DNA of 64,000 nt. Source: Phaeosaccion multiseriatum. Taxonomy: Eukaryota; Protista; Ochrophyta, other classes. Shown in pieces: positions 37,662 to 54,428 of this stretch. Below the pieces are notes generated by a model. That model ran no database searches. It saw only the letters and a list, made by a program, of their open reading frames with translations, and was not told the origin of the DNA. The position numbers and the translations under genes are program-made. Positions within the stretch are counted from its first letter, which is position 1. Each line of letters starts with the position of its first letter. Location: positions 1,488,001 through 1,552,000 of the forward strand of contig OZ218962.1 in NCBI GenBank assembly GCA_965112735.1, in the 5' to 3' direction.

Positions 37662-39167
37662 TCAGGTGTCGAGCTTGAGAAAGTCGGGGGCCCCCGTCGC
37701 CCGGCCGTACGAAGCCTGCTTGACGAGGAACGTGATCCCAATGACTACGCAAGCACAGCCGAGAGTTACATACCCCCAGCCAATGGCGCTATTCTTGGTT
37801 CCCAATTGCGACACTGTGGTCAGCACAAGTGACTTGGAGCCCCCAAACCCGCTTACATGAAAGTTGTTCTCCACGCTGAATACCACAGTGGTTCCTGCGC
37901 TGATGTCCTCGTCAATGACACCGTAGAGCTTTCGGAAAGTCGGTAGCGCCGCCGTGCGCATCCACACCATAAACCGCTCGCTCGTCACACCTTCCAGTGG
38001 AGAGATGATATTGGGGTAGGTTTCGTAGAGGTACTGCGTCGTATCGTCTCTGGGGTACCAATACTTGAAGGTTCTCCCACTTTCGTCTGTGTAGTTCTGT
38101 ACGAATTGGAACAAAACGTACGCCCGGGGATGTGAGTCTCCCTGAAAGAATGAGAAGGAAAGCTCCTCGCGTCGTACCTGGCAATCATCGAAGCCTGCGC
38201 CCAAGCATGCTTCGCACGATGAGTTGAGGTCGCACTCGGAAGAGGTGAATCCGTCGGGCTGCACGAAACGGTCTCTCCGGTCGGTGCCCCATGCGATACC
38301 ACTCTCGCTCATACCGCTGGTGGTGCCAGAAGACACTTCAATGATATCTGCACGATGTCGAAAGGGCGTGTGTGAGACATCCTGTTCGCAGCCAGAAGGG
38401 CACCTCTTTTCGTCCTGTCTCGTCTCACTCACCGCTAAACATACTATTTGCAATAAGGCCGCACGGGTGCAGTGTCAGGCTTCCTGCGGTCTTTAGTGGC
38501 TCGCAATCATCGAGGTCCACATCATTCACCTCGCCGAGCAGCTGGCTGCTGCTCCGGGACTTAACATACCGCCGGTGGTTCTGATAGAAATTTGTGAGCT
38601 CATAGTACACGTAGACGGGCTGCTCCATATCCTCTGTGACAGATATTGATATCTGCACAATTCGAGCACAAGGGGGGGGGGGGGGGCTTGGGTACTGACG
38701 GTGTGCGCGAGGTCGAGCTAGTCACAAACAGAGCCCTCCAGTACCTCCTCCGCCTGTGAACCATGGCCATATGCATTTCAACCACCCACCTGACAGTCTC
38801 TCCCCTCGCCGTTGGCCGTAATGGCACAGTCGGAGACATCCTTCCCCTTCCCATCGTACTTGACCGAGTACTCTTTGACGCCCTTGGACACCTCAATCAG
38901 CCAAGCTCCGATGGGAATAAACACAATGCCGAACACCAAAAACACCGCCGCCGCCCAGGGCGGGGTGAGAACTGGCTGCCATGCCCTCAGCTTCTGCTGC
39001 TTGAAAGGCGTGTCTGACACACACCGTGCACGACGAGAAGCGACACAGGAGGGAAGGGGGTGCGGCAAGCACAGGGAATCAGCGCGGGTGGCTGACTGAG
39101 ATCCCAAACAGAATAACCAGCCCTACTCACCGTCCGGCCGCACAGCCTGCTGGACGTCTGGCGCCAT
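37662..39167 (-). CDS. CDC50: CDC50/LEM3 (ALIS) P4-ATPase beta subunit (multi-exon)
   Basis: FKQQKLRAWQPVLTP, YYELTNFYQNHRRYVKSRS, PCGLIANSMF, FMVWMRTAALPTFRKLYG. Confidence 0.95.
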
Positions 39168-39346
39168 GTCTTTCTTGGGTGAGCCGCCAGAGCAAGAGCA
39201 AAAGGGCGAGGGGATAGGGGGTGTAACTGTCATGGGTATGCACGTCTGGGGGGGTATACGAGTTGCGCTCCCAAAACGTAACATAAACTGCAAGGTGCGC
39301 CTGTTCACGCGTGAAAAAGTGCACATACGCGACGAGGAGAGGTAAA

Positions 39347-42724
<3,378 letters not shown>

Positions 42725-43281
42725 GGGACATGAGGGGGGGGAGCACAACAGCTTCTTCCACAGTTGTTGGAGAGGACGTGGGAGACAGCGCGGAGAACGG
42801 GTACATCGCGAGACGCGCCTATAGTCTGTGTTTCTTCCCGTTGTGTGTTGTGTTGTGCAAAGGAAGCGCGTCTTGCCCGGCAGGGGGCAAGCGTTGCGAA
42901 TGTTCAGATGGAATTAAACATGGTGCAAGCCGCCGGTTTGCAAGGAGTCACTTGGAGGAAATAAGCTGAGGGCATCATGCCCAATTTTACGAACAAGCTC
43001 CCAAGCGCGTGGGGAATGAATGTCTGGGGTTTGCGGTGCGGGGCGCAGGCCCCCGAGGGGACCCTTCTGTCGTTGCCGAGAGTCCGGCGCTGCCAAGGAG
43101 CGAACCACGACACACACGGTGTCCTGTGAGACGGGCATTAGTGTGAATTAATAGTAGTATAATTCTTTATAGTATTAAATTTAAAATTAAAGTAAATTAA
43201 AGTTTAAAAAAAAAAAAAGCGATGGTACCTTGATTCGTCTTACATCCTCTCCCTGTGCCGAGGCCCAGCTCCACCTGGCCC

Positions 43282-44935
43282 TCACCGCCGCCCCTTGAGT
43301 ATCTGCTCTGCCACAACCATGTCATCTGGGGTGGTGAGCTTAAGGTTGGTGTATTCTCCCAAAGTGAGCTTCACCTGAGAGGACCAACGCAGGAGGGGAC
43401 CACAGCACACAGAGATCAGAGACCTTCATACCGGCGAGGTTTAGTGGACCTTAACCAACGATCCCCACAAATGCACGAATGAGACCGGCGAGGACAGGAA
43501 ACAAGCCATGTGAGCGACTCACCGGTAAGCCCAATTGCTCAATGATGGACACGTCATCGGTGACTTCCAGCCTGAGGGACAGAAGAGAGTGACAGGAATC
43601 TGAGATCCTCAAGTGACCACGAAGCATTGCACCTTCCCTCGTTGGACACGGGTTAGTTTTTTGGTGATGGGTACTCACTTGTCCTTCTTGACTCTCTCAA
43701 AGCCCTCTCTCAGCAGGTCTGGCTTGATGCATTGTGGCGTCTGGATTTCCCACAGGCGGGAGCGGTCGATGGTCCGCAGCACAAACTCCCCGTCCTCACT
43801 CTCCTGCGGCGGACGGCGGAGAGCGATGAGGGGGTCATGCGTTCTTTGCATAACATAGGGGGCATAAGGCCAATCAAGCTCCTTATCCTACCTTGACGGT
43901 GGCCTTCATTGGCACCCCCAGCACTGCCGCGCCATGCTCGTGGGCGTCCTGAATCACCGCGTACACGCTCTCCGGCGTCACCAGGGGCCTCGCTGCGTCG
44001 TGCACACACACCACCGAGCAGTCGGTGCCGACGGCCTGCAGCCCGCTAGCCACGCTGTCCTGCCGCTCCGTGCCGGGGTCGGCGAAGGAAAGGCGAGGGT
44101 CGCTTTCCTGGAGCGCCAAAAACTCGTCGCGATACTGCTCGTTGATTACTAGAACGAGCTGAGAGATACCTGGACCACAACCACAATGGCAAGGGCAGGG
44201 GGGCGGGGTGTCGGTGAAAGAAGAGGCGAAACTTCGGTGGAGCCTTCCAAGGACCAAAGGGAGAGTAGGTTATCTACTTACTACCAAAGGGGAGAGAGAG
44301 AGAGGTAGAGAGGGGGAGGGGGGCAAAGAGGAAGTGAGCCACAGGCTTTCGGCACTCACCCTCCAGACCCAAGAACAGCTCAAGGCTATGTTGTAAGACA
44401 GGCTTGCCCATCAGCTCCAGGAACTGCTTCGGCCTGTCTGCCTTCATGCGGCTCCCCGTGCCGCCCGCCAAGATGATAGCGGCCACGTTATTCACCTAAG
44501 TGGGCAGGAGCAGCGTTGGAGCTCAACCCTCAAGGGCTAGGGGGGAAACTGTGGAACGTAGCACAGGGCCCATCTCAGGACCAGAAGTACGAACCTTCTC
44601 CCCTTGTGTGTCAGTCTCAGGCACCTGAAGATGTATTGCACAGCGTTTCATCAAGCAGAGGTACTTTAGAAGTGAGCTTATCGTCGGTATTTGGCTTTTG
44701 GACGAAGCAGTGGCAGAGCAAGCATAACGTGATGAAGCCACGTATACTCAAGGGTACCTACGTGATCGGCTGACAAAGCTCTGCTACTGCTGCTGGTGCC
44801 GCTCCCTCTCCCGCTGTCTCTGCCTTGCCATGGTGTCGCCCTCCGGGCCCATAAGCCCCCGCCTGACGCCAAAAATGCCTTCGCCGGGGACAAAGCAAAG
44901 ATCAGGACGAAGAGGATGCCACATAATACTTGCAT
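43282..44935 (-). CDS. ispD: 2-C-methyl-D-erythritol 4-phosphate cytidylyltransferase (IspD/CMS), plastid-targeted
   Basis: Signal peptide + KAF. Motifs IILAGGTGSRMKADRPKQF, GTERQDSV, VHDAARP, EIQTPQ, VTDDVS, NLKLTTPDD. Confidence 0.95.
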
Positions 44936-45275
44936 GAGGAACGGAGTTTATAATGGAACGGGAAAAGTGGAAGGACAAGGTGGTTCTTCAAACCAAGTCA
45001 CAACTGGCGGTTCAAATTCTTCTTCTCCCCCTTGATCCCCCCTTCCCAAGACAATTGCTTTGCTTGCTCAGTCGGCAAGGGTCCATAGGGCCTAACGGGA
45101 AGTGGCTCACCCATCTCCCCACCATCTCATTTGATCTCCCTCCCGTTGACGAGTGAGAGGGTCTTGCCGCGCGACGTTGGTGGGGGGTGGGCCGTCGGCA
45201 TTGCCGGCTCTGTAGCGGTACTGCGTGTGTCTCCGCGCTGCTACTGCTGAGCTGTTGCGCGAGAGAGGGAGGAAG

Positions 45276-46896
45276 ATGGTGTGCCTGGGTGTCTGGCTCA
45301 ACGTCCAGAGCGTGCTCCTGGTCGTGCTGGTCTTCTCGGCATCTCACTTTTTCGCGCACTGTGAGGAAGGCGGGAGCAGTGCAGAGTGGTGGAACACGCC
45401 AGGAGAGGGCTACAAGACGGTGACCAAGGTCAAGTGCTTGACATCCGTCAGTGGAGGTGAGGAGAAGAAAGCCTATGGTCAAACATTTGTGTCGCGAATG
45501 CCATGCGCTTCTTTCTCGTGATGCTCTTTCGCCCCCCCCCCAGCGCCCTTTTCTCTGGAGGTGCGGCACGAGTGGTCTCCATTGGGTGCCCAGCGATTCA
45601 TCGAGCTGGTGCAGGATGACTGGTTTATGGTAAGGGATGACGTAGAAGGGCAAGCGCGGCATTGGGAAAGCGCTTGCGAATCTGAGTCCGTTTCGTGGAG
45701 CCGTAGATTCCCTGCTCTTCCATCTGTCTGTGCTCTCGCTCTTTGGGGCCACCAACTGTGGGCCTGGGCCTTGCTTCCTATTCACCAGACTTTCAACTAG
45801 AAGGGGGGGGTTGGAAGCACTCCTTGGCCCTTTGTCTTGACGATGCGAGGCTCAGATTGGGTGATGTGCTATAACGGACGTATCATCTCTGGCCTTTCCC
45901 CCGTGCCCTTCCGCAAACAGGACATGCCCTTTTTCCGCTGCGTGAAGAATTTCTTAGTGCAGTTTGGCATCTCGAGTGACATGCCGCTGAAGGCCAAGTG
46001 GAGGAAGGTTCAGCCCATACAGGTGCGTGCGTGATGCCGTTTCGAACGCGGGAAGCTCTGTCACAAACAAGGTGCACGTTGTCACCTCGCTTTTTTGGTC
46101 GGGTGCATGCATCCCACACCAGGTGGTCCGACTAGGGGCTATTCACCTGGCCCGGGAGAGATTCCCCCCTACCTCTCTGCCCCAACCTAACGCCCCCATC
46201 GCCGCACAGGACGACCCGTCGCTGAGCATCCCTTTCAAGAGGGGGATGATGAGCTTCGCCGGAGGAGGAGCCAACACAAGGGGCACGCAGGTGTTCATTT
46301 CTTTTGTGGACTCCAAGCACCTTGGGCAGGCGAAGTGGGAGACGCCCTTCGCCATCGTCACGGAGGGCATGAACATCGTTGACTCGCTGTACACAGGATA
46401 CGGAGACCAAAAGCCCTTCAATGCCAATGGCATCGATCAGGGGAAGCTCCAGATCAAAGGCAATGCCTATCTCAGAGAAGAGTTTCCAGAAATATCCTAC
46501 ATTAGAAAGTGCTACATTGCAGAACCAACCCACAACATCGTGGAGAAGGAGCAGGAGGCAGAGAAGGAAAGGAAGGAGGAGGAGAACAAGCAGGCCCAAC
46601 TAGAGCAGCAAAAAAACGCGCTGGAGAAGGACCACGAAAAGCAGAGACAAGCAGAGCTGGAAAAGGGCCGCCTCATCAAGGAGCTTCAAGCGCAGGCGAG
46701 TAACCAGCAGCGGGCGAGAGACGGGGGCGGGGTGCCCGCTGGAGCAGCACAAAAAGCTCCGACTCAGGGGACTGAGGCCAAGAGTGCGCAAGAATCCTCC
46801 GCGGGGAGTGTGGTCGTCCTCGTGCTGGCCGTTGGCGCTGTCTTGGTGCTGGTGGTCAAGCTGCGGACCGGCAAGGACCAGCGCTTGGTCAACTGA
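45276..46896 (+). CDS. Cyclophilin-type PPIase with signal peptide, coiled coil and C-terminal TM
   Basis: EWSPLGAQRFIELV, FFRCVKNFLVQFGI, RGMMSFAGGGANTRGTQVFI, ETPFAIVTEGMNIVDSLY, TM VVVLVLAVGAVLVLVV. Confidence 0.88.
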
Positions 46897-46943
46897 GAAT
46901 GATGCTTGGTCCTCATGGACTGTTTTCTTCTCCTCGCGGTGCA

Positions 46944-47186
46944 TCGGCTCCAGGCGAGGTTTCTCGGGCCCCCGATAAAGCAGAAGCCTGCGGCGGCCTG
47001 CGGCCGAAAGTAAGAAGCCTGCGGCTGGCCTGCAGCCAGAAGCCTGCAGAAAGTAGCGAAAAGCCTGCCAAGTCCCCCATTTTTCTCCCAGCCTGCGAAG
47101 CCTGAAGCCTGGCCACTGGCCTGCGAATCCAGGCGGCCGCAGGCTTCTGCTTTATCGGGGGCCTGAGAAACCTCGCCTGGAGCCGA
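46944..47186. mobile_element. 243-bp MITE with ~51-bp terminal inverted repeats and 7-bp TSD CGGTGCA
   Basis: 46944-46994 is the reverse complement of 47136-47186 with one mismatch. CGGTGCA occurs at 46937-46943 and 47187-47193. Internal AAGCCTG(C) motifs are repeated. Confidence 0.85.
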
Positions 47187-47511
47187 CGGTGCAGACACTA
47201 GCGCAAACAAATACAAGCTCTACCCTGGGGGGGGGTCGTCCCGAGCAGATGGCCCCTTAGGTAAGGTTACGTACGCGAAGAACTTTCCAAATTTCTTTCC
47301 TCTTCTTTTGATATCAGGGATCATCATATCAGTGGCATATATATCAGTGCATAATCATTCATTCACCGTTTGCCTCCTGCGAGCAGCGTCCTTACAACAG
47401 TAGACAAATAGAGCGCAGGGAGCATTTACTACATCGCACCAAGGAAATTGCTGACTGATTGCCTTGTGCAGTGTGGTAACAAAACAAAAAAAAAAGAAAG
47501 AATCAAGAAAT

Positions 47512-50253
47512 ATGTCCCTTAGTGATGCCATAGCGGCCGCAGAGGCCGTTGTGCTGAAGCTCAAGCAAGAGATTGAGGATGCTTTCCCGTCGAGGTGCGC
47601 CATAACGTCGAGCGATTGCGCAGCGTCCCACAACAGTGCTTGCCACACCATCAGAAGTGGCGCCACCTGCGAGACGGACGAGGTGCTGGACCTGTGCGAA
47701 GGGGAATCTTGCGGGTGAGTTGGAAGCGCAGAGTCTTCCAAGCGAAAGCTTGTCTCATATGTTCCCCTCTACCCTCAAGGTATCTTGTCGACAAAACGCT
47801 GAGCGTGGTGAGGATCCCCGCGGCTCTAGCTGATGGAGACGAAGAAAACCCCACGGACTCACGTCTCATAGAAGCTGCGTGCTTCTCGGGACTGGTAGAA
47901 GGTGAGATGAGGAGGAGGGGGCAGGAAGCAGCAGAAGTCCCTTTCCCCCCTCAATACGCTCTCTCCTCCCGGTTTTGCAGACTCTCTAAAGTCTGCTTAC
48001 GACGACAACTACGAGAGGTACGGACTTGAAGCAGCCTTCTTTGGAAGCTGGAGCGGTGTTTTTAGATACTTTCCTGGTATCGCTGAGGAGGAATGCGGCA
48101 ACTTCGACCCGCGTTTAAGGTACGCGCTGTGGTGGCGCCTTCCCTCCTCTTGGGTGACGTTGATCGACTCAGTCTCGCCCCTCCCACCGCCCGTCCGCGT
48201 CGGTCTCTGTACGCAGGCCCTGGTTTATCGCGGCGAGCAGTGGGCCCAAAGATGTCGTCATCATCCTCGATACTTCGGGAAGTATGGGCGACGGCAAGAT
48301 GGAGCTGGCCATTGAAGCGGTGCAGACGGTCCTCACCGGCATGACCTTCGACCACTACGTCAACGTCGTCGCTTTCGACTCCTCGGCGGAGGTGCTCAGC
48401 CTCAACAGGAACTCGCTGGTGCAGGTACTGCGGCGTGTGGATGGCTCCTCCTCTCGCTCCCTTTGAATCGTTTGTTCTGACAAACTGCGCTCTACTGCCC
48501 ACCAGGCCACGGAGGACAACCTGCTTGCTCTGTCCGAGCTCGTCGGAGATCTGTCTCCCGACGGCGGGACGAACTTCTACGACGGTGAGAAAAGGCCCTG
48601 AAGATGCTTTCTGAGAATCTGTCTTGTTGCTTCTGTACTAATGTAGGGAGTCTCTCGTCTTCATCCCGTCAATGTACTCAAACGCTCTGCGGCAGCCTTC
48701 GACACGGCTTTCGATCTCATTGAGAGGTGAGTTCAAGTCAAGCAGTAGGAGCACTGCAAGCCAGGGTTACGGGATTCGGCTTCGCACCTCGCTTGCTTAC
48801 TCCTCTTGCTTGCTTCGTTGGTGGTCACTATTGCTCTTCTTTCATCGACCCGCCTTCCACAGCTCCGTCGCTAGCGGCAACACGGCGGGATGTCACACGA
48901 CAATACTGTTTCTCACTGATGGTAAGGCCCGTTGGTGATGCATCGCTGCGCAAGTCGCACTGTGAACGGACATGACTCACGTAGGAGCACCCACCACTCG
49001 CTCCCAACCCACCTGGCTGCTCCTGTCTGCTCTTGCTACCGGCTTCAGGCGAAATCAGTGTCGGACCGCTGGATCCGTTGGACACGACAGACCTCATCGA
49101 GACGAGAAACGCCAACATTGGGGCGGAGATCTTTACCTTCTCGTTCGGCGAGGACGCAGACCAGGACACCACACAGACGATAGCCTGTGAGACGGACGGG
49201 GTCTACCGTCATGTCAGCGGCACTGACGATCTCACGGGGGCAATGGCGTCGTACTACCAGCTCTACGCCATTGGGAGTGGAAACAGCAGCTCACAAAACG
49301 TCACAACCTGGACAGAGCCCTACGTCTTCGACACGGGCGGCCAGTTGGGCACTACTTGTTCGGCGTCTGCCTATGACCACAGCACCAGGTAGGATAGCGG
49401 ATAGCCAGGCCCGGTCTCTCGCTGAGTCGTGCCTCCCTCATCCGCCCGCCCCTCGCTCTTCGCGTCGTCTCTCTCCTCTCCGCAGCCCCTCCACCTTTCT
49501 GGGGGTGGTGGCAGTAGACTTTAAGCTGTCGACTTTCACAGACCTCAACGTGGAGTACAGCTTTGTACTTGACCAGCTCGTTGCAGAGTCCAGCACGTGC
49601 CCAGCCTTCGAGCTGTCTGAGTGCGACAAGCAGGCCTACAGAGCCTCCATCTCCCGCGCTAGCGTGTGCGCGAACCAGTGCGAGTCCACTCAGGTAAGTC
49701 TTTGGGGAGTCGACGGGGGTCGGGCGAACTTGTCTGTTGTCCTCCCCTCCAGACGCACGAACGCGCTGATTCCCGCTCTCTTGTGCCCCCCTCCCCGCCA
49801 CAGGACCTCACTCCCGAAGACTGCATGCCCACGGGGGAGTACCCAAGAACGCTATGGACCAACACGGACGCCGCTGACTGGTCATATGTGGAGCGGGCGT
49901 GTTGTGATTCCGGTTCCGAAGCTGAGAACAACGTGGAAGAGCCCTCGTGCTTTGCGTCTTCGAGTCGCGGTGGGGGGGGCACCTCCACCGGGGCGACCAC
50001 AGGAATCATCGTCGGCTGTCTGGTGGCCGCTGCCGTCCTCGGCTTTTTCTTCATGAGGAGGAGGAAAGCCAAGGCTGAGAAGCCTAAGCCTTCTGTGACA
50101 GCAGCGGCCCCAGCTCAAACGCCGCTTAACTTGTATGCTGCGCAACCGGAGCAGTACGTCCAACAACAACCGCAGCAGCCATATTCGCAGCACCAGCCGT
50201 ACTATCAACCCAATCCGCCTGCTCAGCGCCCGCCTCCTCCGTACGTGGGTTAG
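47512..50253 (+). CDS. VWA + Cache domain single-pass membrane protein (alpha2delta/CACHD1-like), paralog A
   Basis: FFGSWSGVFRYFPG, FDPRLRPWF, PKDVVIILDTSGSM (MIDAS), ILFLTDG, WTEPYVFD, FLGVVAVD, TM GIIVGCLVAAAVLGFFF, Gln/Pro tail ending PPPPYVG. Confidence 0.82.
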
Positions 50254-50402
50254 TTTCAAAGTATGGATTCTCACGCCCTGGACCATCTTGTACAAAGATC
50301 CAAAGACTGTTAAATAAATAAACAAAGGCTTTATTGTTTCCGCGTGAGTCAACTAATAATTCGTCGACTTTCAGTGGTGGAGACGCATGGCTTTCTTGCA
50401 AG

Positions 50403-52242
50403 TCACACGTCTTCGGCCTTCTTCTTCTTCTTCTTTTTCTTCATCATCTTGAGCAAGTCTTCGGCTGCTGGCTCCTCGCTAGCAGTCTCCTCTGTTTGTG
50501 GCGCTGCTGCCTTTGTCTCGCCCTCAGGCTCGACTGATACCGAGACTGCTTCTACAGCGACCGCTGCTGCTGCTCCTGCCGCTGCACCTACCTTGGTCTC
50601 CTCCTGCGCTGACTGGTAGGGGTCGCCGCCTTTTTTACCCCCCTTCTGCTCCTCTTCGGAGGAGCTTGGCGCTTCAGTCGCGTAAGGGTCTTTGGCAGCC
50701 TGGGTCTTGGGCGAAGGCTCCCGCTCTTCTCCTCCTTCGGCGGCAGCCTCTCCATCTGTGGGCGCCCCGGCCTCGTCGCTCTCCTCTTGCGCTTCTCCCT
50801 CCCCCAACTCGTCTCCCTCCTCTTCGTCAGCCACTTTGTTCCCTCCTCCCCCCCAAGCTCCGGTGGGTGCCTTGGACGGTTTGGCCACAGGGGCAGGCCC
50901 TCCGCCTAGCTCAGGGAAAGCCTACGAGTGGAAAGCGAGTAGCGTTTCGGCAACCAGGGAGACGCCGTTCGAAGACAAGTTGTTCAGGGTGTCGTCCTCT
51001 GTCCTATCACTCAGTCTCTGGCCCCTTTCTTCAGAGTCTTTCCTCCTCTTCTCACCTCAGAGTTGCCCGAGTCGAGAGTGATTTTTCTCTGCTCCTCCTC
51101 CTTCTTCTTCGCCCGCTCCCGCCAGCCCCCTCCTCCAAAGCTCGCTAGCCCGCTCGCCTTTTTCTGGAAGGAGAAGCAAGGGCGAAGCAAGACAGGCGAG
51201 AGAAGGAATCAACCAAGGGCCAAAACCAAAGGCTCAAGGCGAATCTCGCGGTGACCACCCTCCACTCACCTCCTCCTTCGGGGCCTCTTCTACTTTCTGG
51301 TCTTCCTCCTCTGCAACAGCCCCTTCCTCCTCCTTCTTTATCCGCACTGCTTGGAGCTGCGCCTGTATGTCCTGTCGCTCGACCTTCTCTCTAATGCTCT
51401 GTTCTGCGCTTCGAAGCTTGTCCATGTCTATCAATTCCGTCACCTGTGCAAGGAAGGATAGTAGTTGGCCGCGCTGCATCAATAGCGTGCTGGCCAGCCC
51501 GTGCGGCGGAGCCTTCTCTCCAGCAGTGGAACACACCAAGCCTACCCAAGCCGTGGCGTCGCCGTCTCACCTTCCTTCCCTGGACATTGGCCACGACCTT
51601 CTTCTTCTCTACTGTGTCTAGCCAGCCGTCATCATCCGGCTGCTGTTCTACTTCCGCTGGGAGTACGTACACACAGCAATCGAAGAACGTTTCGAGGAAG
51701 CAAGGAAGCAAGGACATTAGCCAACCGAGAAGGGGAATATGTGCCGCCGACCCCTACCCAGCGCTGCACTATACTTGCACTCACTTCCTGGGACCGCCCT
51801 TGGGCTGGGCGACTGGATTCGCTCCCTGCCCGGATGGGGGAGCGCCACAAAAAAAAAGAGGGGCAACAAGCACGATAAGCAAGACAAACCAAAGGTGAGT
51901 GGCACTCGAGCTCTGCGTTACACCCAATCCGCAGATCAATGCCGTATTCCCTGCGCCCCTTGCCTCCTCTCCGCTACTCCTGGAAGGGGCATGAATGGCA
52001 GCCACACTCCTTACTTTGTCCCCGCGACGCGAACGACAAGCACCAAAGAAAGAACACAGTAACATGTCGCGTGGCAGGCACAAACAGGCAGTGCGATGAT
52101 GCGGCTGCTGCTCCTTCTTCTTCCCCTCGAGCACTCCAGCCTACCTCTCAACTTGCTGAATGATGCTCTTCTCGTCCAGGTTCAGATTGATGCCCTTCTT
52201 CTTCTTGCCTTTCTTCTTCGCAAACAAGCTCGACACTTCCAT
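50403..52242 (-). CDS. Low-complexity charged protein, CDV3-like (multi-exon)
   Basis: MEVSSLFAKKKGKKKK, DDDGWLD, GGWRER, AFPELG and a Lys-rich C-terminus resemble the CDV3 layout. The family call is tentative. Confidence 0.45.
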
Positions 52243-52410
52243 GGTGTTCCGTAAGGGAGTACGCAGACAGATCTATAAGTTTCTCCTTTTTCTCTGTTGT
52301 ATTTTTTGGCTACAATGTAGACAGTATTTATTACAGGCCTAAACCTAAGCAATGCACTTTCCCCCCCTCCTCCACTTGTCGGCCATACGATATAAATTGA
52401 AGAGGGCATC

Positions 52411-54020
52411 ATGTCGGACTCCGCGGATGGGCTGGGCTCTCTTCTCCTGTACATGTTCTTCGGTGAGTAACGATGTGCTTGGGGTGCTTGAGGACGTCCA
52501 AGCCTTTCTCGGCGTTCCCTCTGTTGCTTCTACTCCTCATGTGCTCAAGCCTTGGCGCTTGCTCGGGTGCTGCAAGCGGCCCAGCAATGTAGGCCATAGC
52601 AAGTGAAACAAGGCCCGTCTTTTGTTAAGACCGTGTTCGTCTCACTCGCAGCCTCCTGGAACCTCAACGCTGTCGCTGCGCTCCTGCTCTGCTCCTGCTT
52701 GCGATTAGTGAACCCTGCGTGCGGGTGGATCCTTACGCCCGGCCGCTTCTCTCGCAAGAGGAGTGTCATCTACGCCATTTTGTTCTGGGCCTTCTTCGCT
52801 GCGGGCAAGCTGAGCTTAGAGTGGATGGAGCGCGGGCCCAACAACTATCAGCTGCTGGGCGTGACTCGCAACAGCTCCATGCTAGAGATCAAGCGGGCCT
52901 ACAAGAAAATATCGCTGGAGCTACATCCCGACAAGAACCCCTCACCAGAGGCAGCTGATCAGTTCGCTACAATGAAGGACGCGTACGATGTGAGTAGGGA
53001 GGCGCAGGACTCTTCGCTCCTTGCTTGCTAGTGTGGGGAGGAAGGGGGGTGTGTGAACAGAGTGGTCACATGCATCATGGCAAGGGTTATGCTGTGCTTG
53101 CTTGGCCTTTCCCCCTCGTGCTCTCTGTCTCTTAGTGTCCCCTCCCCTTCTGTATGCACTGTCTCCCTTCCCTTTCGCAGGTGCTGCTTGACCTGGAGAT
53201 GCGCCCCATCTACGACAAGCTGGGGCCAGACGCCATCAAGGCCAATAAGCGCCTCACGGACGAGTACCAAATCATCATGGAAATTGCGCTGTTTTACATT
53301 ATGTGGGGGGTGTTTGCATTCCTGCTCACCATGGGGAAGAGTGCGGGTAGTGCTCGGAATTGGATCTTCACGGGCGAGATTGCAATGATGTTGGGGGAAG
53401 TGACCATCTTACTGGCAAGCAATGATCACTCGGTGCCTAGTCTGCCGACTTGGTTCTTCCCATCCGTGACGGAGCATGAGGTCATCTGGATAATGCGAGC
53501 GCTCTTCCCGGCCTTTATGAGCGGCTGCCGCAGCTTGGGCAACTACTTGTACGTGGACGTGGACAAGCAAACGAGGGATATGCTCCTCGCCCTGAAGGAA
53601 GGGCACCAGGATGTGCTCATGGTGCTGCGCGACATTCAGGTGCGGTGCCCCGAGTACGCGGCCTCCAAGCTGAGGACGTCCCACTCGATAATACCTGACT
53701 CTACGTAAATCTCTCTCTCTCTCTCTCTCTCTCTGTCTCCCCCTCTCCGCCACCAGGTGCATATGTCGAGTCTTCAGCAGCAAGGGGGGGGGGGGGGAGG
53801 CGCGGTGGGGGGAGGGGCAGTGGCGGGCGGCAATTTTAGACAAGCAGTGCCACGGGCCACGCCCACGGGCAAGCTCAAGGCGATGGAGGAGCGTATGAAG
53901 GTCAATGCCTCGGGGGTGAACGATATCGCTGCAGAGATCAAAGGCACAGAAAAGAAGGGGAATAACTCCTTCTGGATCTTCCTGCTGGTCTATGTCGCCA
54001 TTTACTACGCAACAAGTTAG
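52411..54020 (+). CDS. Membrane-bound DnaJ (J-domain) protein, 4 exons
   Basis: NNYQLLGV...EIKRAYKKISLELHPDKNP...YDVLLD...YDKLG, several TM helices, C-terminal TM. Confidence 0.88.
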
Positions 54021-54073
54021 GGGTTAAGATCGCCCACATCGTACAACAATATATGTATAGGTTCTCGCTCTCA

Positions 54074-54388
54074 TCATCGATGCGTCACTTGTTGGGGCTG
54101 GTATGAAGGCGGTGCTGGAGCATACTGCTGCTGCTGAGGGACGGCCACATAGGCAGGAGGACCCTGTGGGGAGGAGCTCACCACGTACCCTGTGCTGACG
54201 GGACTGCCCATTGGTTGCTGCATCGGTTGCTGCATCGGCTGTTGCATCGGCTGTTGCATCGGCTGCTGCATCGGTTGCTGCATCGGTTGCTGCATCGGTT
54301 GCTGCATCGTCACGACTTGGGGCTGTGGCTGCATGTATTGCGGCTGTTGCACAAATGATGCAGCAGCAGCAGCAGCATGCAGCACAAA

Positions 54389-54428
<40 letters not shown>

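Noticed and set aside
46944-47186. CRISPR-like or tandem array of AAGCCTGC
   Set aside because: Short, irregularly spaced motifs inside a TIR element, with no repeat-spacer periodicity, in a eukaryotic context.
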